Origin: Escherichia coli
Lineage (GTDB): Bacteria; Pseudomonadota; Gammaproteobacteria; Enterobacterales; Enterobacteriaceae
NCBI RefSeq assembly: GCF_003334335.1
Contig: NZ_QOWQ01000021.1
Length of the DNA: 64,000 bases
Strand: one strand, 5' to 3'
Of the stretch, positions 58,580 through 64,000 are shown in pieces. The notes beneath the pieces were generated by a model. That model saw only the letters and a list, made by a program, of their open reading frames with translations. It had not been told where the DNA came from and made no database searches. Numbering within the stretch: position 1 is the first letter of the stretch; each line of letters starts with the position of its first letter. The translations under genes and the position numbers were made by a program.

Positions 58580-58744
58580 ATGGGATTTATTCATCAGATA
58601 ATGTTGTATTTCAGTACCGCCGTATCCCTTCTGTATCTGATCTCAGGGGGATATAAAGCCGTCCGCAATTTCTGGAACAAAAAGATAGATGAAGCAGCCG
58701 CCAGGAAATCAGCTGGCGGAGCGGTCAACGGGGTATTGCCATAA
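58580..58744 (+). CDS. small hydrophobic protein, about 54 aa
   Basis: ATG preceded by aaggag; MGFIHQIMLYFSTAVSLLYLISGGYKAVRNFWNKKIDEAAARKSAGGAVNGVLP; found by manual translation. Confidence 0.45.
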   Translation: MGFIHQIMLYFSTAVSLLYLISGGYKAVRNFWNKKIDEAAARKSAGGAVNGVLP

Positions 58745-58796
58745 CAACAGGCACAGCGCATCAGAACGGCACCACTGTCCACAGCAAAAGAAACAA

Positions 58797-58820
58797 AAAA
58801 CCCTCCGGTATACGGAGGGT
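58797..58820. other. stable hairpin in the esterase-R intergenic region
   Basis: ccctccg gtatac ggaggg, preceded by an A-run but not followed by a T-run on the + strand. Confidence 0.4.
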
Positions 58821-58916
58821 GCAAGAGGGGAAAGGTGAGCAAGAAAGAACCCGAATTAAAAGCCATTTAATTTTGAGATTTTTAATTGCCACACGCAACA
58901 CGTTCTACGGTGTTTT

Positions 58917-59387
58917 ATGCTGAAACTGAATTCATTACGCGAAGCTCTGACCAGCAACTGCCGGTGGTGTAAGGCCAGCCCGGAAAAATTCACGGTATTC
59001 ATTGAATCGGGTGGCATTGAAACCACCGGTGAATCCCCCTCATTCCTGTACCGCTACAACCTGGTGTTGTTCGTCATGGACTTCACAGAAAGTATCGACA
59101 ACATCATGCTGCCGGTCATGGCGTGGCTGTACAGGAATCAGCCGGATCTTCTTCTCAATCCGGAGAAGAACAAAAGCATCAAATTTTCGACGGCCATCAA
59201 CGATGACGACAGTGCCGATATCCTGCTGGAAATCCCGGTATGGGAGCGCGTGATTGTGCGCCGTAATGACGACGGCACGGTGACGGCAGAGCACATCGGT
59301 GAGCCCCCGATAAGCCGGGCACTGGAAGCATGGCGCGTAGTGTTTGAAGACATGACGTGGCGAACCGGAACGGAGACCAGCACATGA
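58917..59387 (+). CDS. R: tail completion protein (P2 gpR family)
   Basis: 156 aa in the conserved position before S. Confidence 0.75.
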   Translation: MLKLNSLREALTSNCRWCKASPEKFTVFIESGGIETTGESPSFLYRYNLVLFVMDFTESIDNIMLPVMAWLYRNQPDLLLNPEKNKSIKFSTAINDDDSADILLEIPVWERVIVRRNDDGTVTAEHIGEPPISRALEAWRVVFEDMTWRTGTETST

Positions 59388-60019
59388 GAGCGGACCGCGA
59401 ACTGGATGTCATCTTTCAGGATATTCTTTCCGGCCTGTCGGCAGCCGGAATTCAGCGCACGGCAATGAGCGTGGGTAAGGTCGTCCGACAGCTACAGACA
59501 AAACGCATCAGAAGCCAGGTATCCCCGGAAGGCCAGCCATGGGAGAAACGAAAACGCCGCATCATGCGCATACAAAAAGGCGTGAAGTTTATCTGGAAGG
59601 ACGGCCAGGTAAGAAACCTGAAAAACTGGAGCACGTCACAGGGATGTTTCGGGCAGAAAATCACCGGCTACGATACGGACGCCGGGGGGATCAGGACGTT
59701 TTACAAGGCAGACATCGGGGACTACCTGGAAATTAACACACAGCGCGTCGCAGCAAGAGCATCACGTCGCTCACCTATGTTCGAAAAGCTGAGAACAGCA
59801 CGCTTTCTGAGAATCATCCCCGACACAAACGGCGTAAGTGTCGGCTTTCAGGGCCGGGCCGCGCGTATTGCCAGAGTGCATCAGTTCGGTGAGGTGGGCC
59901 TGGTATCACCCGGGAACGCCACGAAATACCCCGTGCGCGAGCTGCTGGGCCTGAACGAAAAAGACAAACAGCAAATCACAGAAACCGTGATTGCCGGACT
60001 GGGGAAAGCAGCGAAATGA
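59384..60019 (+). CDS. S: virion morphogenesis / tail completion protein (P2 gpS family)
   Basis: Internal ATG of track ORF 59357..60019 overlapping the R stop (ATGA). Confidence 0.7.
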   Translation: MRADRELDVIFQDILSGLSAAGIQRTAMSVGKVVRQLQTKRIRSQVSPEGQPWEKRKRRIMRIQKGVKFIWKDGQVRNLKNWSTSQGCFGQKITGYDTDAGGIRTFYKADIGDYLEINTQRVAARASRRSPMFEKLRTARFLRIIPDTNGVSVGFQGRAARIARVHQFGEVGLVSPGNATKYPVRELLGLNEKDKQQITETVIAGLGKAAK

Positions 60020-60597
60020 ACATCGAGCTTATGCGTCTGCTGGAAAACATTGTGCGGATTGGTGTGGTTACGGAAATCAACACCGACACCTGGAAGGTGC
60101 GTGTGCAGACCGGCGGCCTGACCACAAACTGGATCCAATGGAACAGCGGGCGGGCCGGAAAATTTAAAATCTGGATCCCCCCATCACCGGGCGAACAGGT
60201 GTTTCTCCTATGCCCGGGCGGCAATCCGGAAACCGCAGTCAGCGCAGGAAGTCTGTACAGCAACGACAACCCGCCACCGGGATCGCTGGAAAACGAAATG
60301 GTCATTACCGCGCCGGACGGTGCGGAATTTCGCTATAACGCACAGGAAAGCAGCCTGACGGCCAGAGGTATAAAAACCGCAACCATTACGGCTGAAACCA
60401 GTATCACGCTGGACGCGCCAAAGGTGGAATGTACGCAGTTGCTGAAGACAAAGACATTCGAGCTGACCAGCGGCGGAACAATGAAAGGCAACGTGAAACA
60501 CAGTGGCGGCAGCCTCGAATCAAACGGCATCACCGTACACACCCACGTACACAGCGGAGTGAAGAGCGGTAGCGATACGAGCGGAGGCCCACAATGA
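60016..60597 (+). CDS. V: baseplate spike/assembly protein (P2 gpV family)
   Basis: 193 aa; overlaps neighbours by 4 nt. Confidence 0.75.
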   Translation: MNIELMRLLENIVRIGVVTEINTDTWKVRVQTGGLTTNWIQWNSGRAGKFKIWIPPSPGEQVFLLCPGGNPETAVSAGSLYSNDNPPPGSLENEMVITAPDGAEFRYNAQESSLTARGIKTATITAETSITLDAPKVECTQLLKTKTFELTSGGTMKGNVKHSGGSLESNGITVHTHVHSGVKSGSDTSGGPQ

Positions 60598-60962
60598 GTA
60601 CCGGCTACACAGGCATGAATCACGCAGGCTACGGAACGCTGACAGACATCGACCATCTGAACCAGTCAATCACGGATATTATCCTGACACCGGAAGGTTC
60701 GCGTGTTATGCGGCGCGAGTATGGCAGCAACCTGCCCGTTCTTCTTGACAGTCCGGCAAATGAAATAACCAGACTGCGCTGTATGAGTGCTGCCGTGATC
60801 GCCATTACACGATGGGAGCCACGCGTTGCCATAAACAGCGTGGACCTGACGTGGAGAAACAATGGCAGCGCAGTGTTATCCATGAGCTATCTGATTGTAA
60901 GCACCATGCAGAGCGCCAGTATTTCCGTTGATATACAGGGAGGGAAGGATGCCGACAATTGA
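60594..60962 (+). CDS. W: baseplate wedge protein (P2 gpW / gp25-like)
   Basis: 122 aa; conserved position. Confidence 0.75.
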   Translation: MSTGYTGMNHAGYGTLTDIDHLNQSITDIILTPEGSRVMRREYGSNLPVLLDSPANEITRLRCMSAAVIAITRWEPRVAINSVDLTWRNNGSAVLSMSYLIVSTMQSASISVDIQGGKDADN

Positions 60963-61845
60963 TTTATCCCAGCTGCCGCAACCGGCGATCATTGAATCGC
61001 TGGATTATGAAGTGATTCTGGCACAGACAAAGACATTCATGATTAGCGTCTTTCCGGAAGCCATGCGCGATGAAGTGGCGGCAGCCCTTGAACTGGAGTC
61101 AGAACCACTGAACATCATCGCTCAGGCTATGGCATGGCGGGAGCTGTTACTGCGGCAGCGAATCAATGATGGCGCAGCGGCCTGTATGCTGAGTCATTCA
61201 TCAGGAAGCGATCTTGACAATCTGGGTGCAAACATGAATGTGCAGCGCCTGGTTATCACCGAAGCAACGGAGACCACACCGGCGGTAATGGAAAGTGACG
61301 CCGCGTTCCGGATGCGGATACAGAGCGCCTTTGAAGGGATGAGTGTTGCCGGGCCTTCCGGCTCATATGAGTATTTTGCACGCAGCGCAAGCGGAAAAGT
61401 GGCAGATGCCAGAGCAACCAGCCCGGCACCGGCGGAAGTTGTGGTTGCGCTCCTTTCAGCCGACGGAGACGGAACGGCGAACGAAGCACTGATTAACGAA
61501 GTGAAAGCCGTACTGAACGACGAAACAGTTCGCCCCGTGGCGGACAGACTGACGGTGAAAAGCGCGGAAATCATCAGCTACAAGATTGATGCGACACTCT
61601 ATTTTTACCCGGGGCCGGAATCAGAACCCATACTTCAGGCCGCACGAGCACAACTGGAGGCGTGGCTGGCAGAGCAGCGAAGAATTGGTCGTGACGTTGC
61701 CCGTTCAGCCATCATGGCGGCCCTGCATGTGCCCGGAGTTCAGCGGGTGGAGTTAACACAACCAGCGAAGGATCTGGTGATCAGCGAAACACAGGCGGCG
61801 CGATGCTCCGCCACAGAGATTCGCGCCGGGGGGACCGATGAGTAA
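60949..61845 (+). CDS. J: baseplate assembly protein J
   Basis: Internal ATG of track ORF 60928..61845; about 298 aa. Confidence 0.75.
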   Translation: MPTIDLSQLPQPAIIESLDYEVILAQTKTFMISVFPEAMRDEVAAALELESEPLNIIAQAMAWRELLLRQRINDGAAACMLSHSSGSDLDNLGANMNVQRLVITEATETTPAVMESDAAFRMRIQSAFEGMSVAGPSGSYEYFARSASGKVADARATSPAPAEVVVALLSADGDGTANEALINEVKAVLNDETVRPVADRLTVKSAEIISYKIDATLYFYPGPESEPILQAARAQLEAWLAEQRRIGRDVARSAIMAALHVPGVQRVELTQPAKDLVISETQAARCSATEIRAGGTDE

Positions 61846-62557
61846 AACGGTGCTTCCGCCGTCTGCCAGTGTTTTTCTGAAAACCGTTGATCGCTCCGGG
61901 GAAAAAATCAGCCAGCTGCCGGTGAAACTTAACACCCTGTGGAATGCGGACGAATGCCCTGAAGTACTGCTGCCATGGCTCGCATGGACGCTTTCAGTGG
62001 ACAGATGGGATAAGGCATGGACGGAAGAGACTCGCCGGGACGTTATACGCGAGTCGTGGATGGTTCACCGTCATAAGGGGACCATCAGCGCCATGAGAAG
62101 AGCTATTGCCCCGTTCGGCGCGCTGCTGAGCATTACAGAGTGGTGGGAAAACGGCGACCCTCCAGGCAGTTTTCGTCTCAACATCGATGTTACACATGCA
62201 GCCCTGACAGAGGCGACCTATCAGGAAATGGAGCGCATGATTGCGCTGGCGAAGCCGGTAAGCCGTCACCTGAAAGCACTGAGGCTGACATACATTGCAA
62301 AAGGGGAAGTCTTTACCGGGGCAGTGAGTCATAGCGGAGACATCATACAGGTATATCCGGACGCAACACTGCCGAACCCCTGCATTACCGGAGGAGAAAT
62401 TTATTGTGCTGGCGCGATTTACGACAGTGACATAACCCGGGTTAAACCGGATACGGAGATACCGTCACCGTGCGCCGCACAAGCCGCTATCTGTATAGCC
62501 GGAACAACATACGACGGCACAACGACCATCGTAAAACCGGCACCGGAGGAACCATGA
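61838..62557 (+). CDS. I: baseplate/tail formation protein I, with C-terminal extension
   Basis: 239 aa, overlaps J stop; longer than my recollection of P2 gpI. Confidence 0.65.
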   Translation: MSKTVLPPSASVFLKTVDRSGEKISQLPVKLNTLWNADECPEVLLPWLAWTLSVDRWDKAWTEETRRDVIRESWMVHRHKGTISAMRRAIAPFGALLSITEWWENGDPPGSFRLNIDVTHAALTEATYQEMERMIALAKPVSRHLKALRLTYIAKGEVFTGAVSHSGDIIQVYPDATLPNPCITGGEIYCAGAIYDSDITRVKPDTEIPSPCAAQAAICIAGTTYDGTTTIVKPAPEEP

Positions 62558-64000
62558 CACAGAAATACAAAACCATTATCACCACTGAGGGCCGCCGGAA
62601 GCTGGCCGAAGCCCTGAAGCCCGGTGGAAAAAAAGTCACCCTGGCAAAGATGCAGGTGGGCGACGGCAACGGCCAGGAAGTGGAGCCATCAGAAGGGCAA
62701 AAACAACTGGTGAAAAAAGTCTGGGAAGGGAATATCTCCAGCATCACACAGGATGCGGAGAATGAAAGCTTTGTCACCGCAGAGCTGGTTATTCCTGCTG
62801 ACCAGGGCGGCTTCTGGGTGAGGGAGATTGGGTTATTCGATGATGAAGGTGCCCTGATTGCTGTTGGCAACGTAGCAGAAGGTTACAAACCGAAGCTGGA
62901 GGAAGGTTCAGGTCGGGAGCAGGTATTCAGGATGGTTATTCTCCTGAGTAATATTTCTGCGCTGAATATTAAACTGGATCAGTCAGTTGTCATGGTCACA
63001 AAAGCCGCTCTGGATCAGGCCATCAAAGAACATGAAAAAAGCGGCACCCACCAGTCTGCATCCACAAGCACAAAGGGATTTGTGCAACTGAGCAGTGCCA
63101 CCGACAGTGACAGCGAAGAAACAGCCGCAACCTCTAAGGCCATCAAAACGCTGAAAGGAATGATTAATGAAAAATCTTCAGTCACTGACGCCACGACCAG
63201 CCAGAAAGGCATCGTCCGGCTGAGCAGCGAAACGGGCAGCGCCGCCGAAAACGCCGCTGCAACACCAAAGGCAGTCCAGCTCACCATGCAGAAAGCCACT
63301 GAAGCCGAAAAACTGGCTGAACAGGCTAAACAGAGTGCACAGGCAGCAAGTGAGAAAGCCTCAACACTGGAGCAACAAATCAATGCCACAAACCAGACCG
63401 TACAACAACTTCAACAGTCAACACAAAGCGGAGCACAGAAGGCGAAATATACCGCGCTGACCGTTGATCTCAATACACTGGGAAAACCAGAACACCACGG
63501 GGATTACTATCAGTCGGCCAATAAAGATGCAACCACCGCCATGCACTACCCCGTTGAACAGGCGGGATACCTGTCCGTGAAAATGGGAGCCTGGGGTTTC
63601 TGTCAACAGGAATACACTACATGGAACCCCATCAGGAAGTTTGTCAGGGCTGTCAACGGTAATTTCACCGGAAATGGTCCATGGACGGACTGGAAGGAAC
63701 TGGGGGCCGAGGGGCCAGCGGGTCAACAAGGACCTGCCGGGCCGACGGGGCCGCAGGGGAACACCGGGCCACGAGGTTCGCAGGGAGAAACAGGAAGACA
63801 GGGCCCGGCAGGTCCACAGGGCCCGACAGGTGAAACCGGACCACAGGGACCACAAGGGCCAACCGGAAGGCTGGTACCCGGGGAAATTTACAGCATCGGA
63901 ACATACATTATTGCCGCACTAGCCCCGTATATAACCGACATCGGCAGAACCTATCAGCCAGGAGAAACTGTATCGGGTTCACGCCTTAAGCGATGCGCCC
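62554..64000 (+). CDS. H: tail fibre protein (P2 gpH-like), 5-prime part; open to window end
   Basis: ATG overlapping I stop; [40 protein letters not shown]... conserved tail-fibre N-terminus; frame stays open to the window end by manual translation, so absent from the ORF track. Confidence 0.75.
   Translation, partial: MTQKYKTIITTEGRRKLAEALKPGGKKVTLAKMQVGDGNGQEVEPSEGQKQLVKKVWEGNISSITQDAENESFVTAELVIPADQGGFWVREIGLFDDEGALIAVGNVAEGYKPKLEEGSGREQVFRMVILLSNISALNIKLDQSVVMVTKAALDQAIKEHEKSGTHQSASTSTKGFVQLSSATDSDSEETAATSKAIKTLKGMINEKSSVTDATTSQKGIVRLSSETGSAAENAAATPKAVQLTMQKATEAEKLAEQAKQSAQAASEKASTLEQQINATNQTVQQLQQSTQSGAQKAKYTALTVDLNTLGKPEHHGDYYQSANKDATTAMHYPVEQAGYLSVKMGAWGFCQQEYTTWNPIRKFVRAVNGNFTGNGPWTDWKELGAEGPAGQQGPAGPTGPQGNTGPRGSQGETGRQGPAGPQGPTGETGPQGPQGPTGRLVPGEIYSIGTYIIAALAPYITDIGRTYQPGETVSGSRLKRCA
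63714..63870 (+). repeat. collagen-like Gly-X-Y triplet repeat tract within the tail fibre gene
   Basis: Translation reads [52 protein letters not shown]; the DNA shows periodic ggnccn units. Confidence 0.7.

Larger units (their letters stand above)
34650..64000. mobile_element. P2-family (Peduovirus-like) prophage inserted at tRNA-Leu leuZ; left junction in window, right end beyond window
   Basis: Integrase next to tRNA remnant, then immunity region, rolling-circle initiator A, and late genes in P2 order (Q P / O N M L X Y K spanins R S V W J I H). Confidence 0.9.

Noticed and set aside
58594-58866. 90 aa - strand ORF
   Set aside because: Overlaps the better-supported + strand small ORF and the intergenic hairpin; no SD and odd composition.
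63015-63855. Two - strand ORFs (124 and 145 aa)
   Set aside because: Antisense to the tail fibre gene, including its GC-rich collagen-like repeat which naturally yields open antisense frames.

Overview
The window is an Escherichia coli-type chromosomal segment followed by a P2-family prophage. From 1 to about 34.6 kb it carries conserved core genes in the familiar order: torZ (partial)-torY, cutC, yecM, argS, yecT, the flagellar/chemotaxis block flhE-flhA-flhB-cheZ-cheY-cheB-cheR-tap-tar-cheW-cheA-motB-motA-flhC-flhD, then uspC, otsA-otsB, araH-araG-araF, ftnB, yecJ, azuC, yecR, ftnA, yecH, tyrP and yecA. At about 34.65 kb a truncated tRNA-Leu (leuZ-like) 3-prime segment marks the junction with the prophage, which fills the rest of the window and runs off its right edge. 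The prophage shows the P2 order: integrase, repressor/cox-like immunity region, early genes (DnaQ-like exonuclease, Dam methyltransferase, DUF4406-like protein), rolling-circle initiator A, a cargo hotspot, then Q-P / O-N-M-L-X-holin-endolysin-spanins, R-S-V-W-J-I and the start of tail fibre H. The strongest candidates for undescribed biology are prophage cargo genes that do not belong to the P2 core: (i) an AT-rich, leftward multi-pass membrane protein gene in the A-Q hotspot, beside a tail-less SSB-like gene; (ii) two genes wedged between repressor and integrase, one sharing an NRIAGRDY motif with the repressor C-terminus; (iii) a membrane-protein gene antisense to the early operon; (iv) a NanS-p-like sialate O-acetylesterase inserted between the lysis cassette and the tail genes. 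All calls rest on reading the sequence and the supplied ORF track against remembered protein families; no database search or computation was run. Coordinates not taken from the ORF track are from manual counting and may be off by a few nucleotides.
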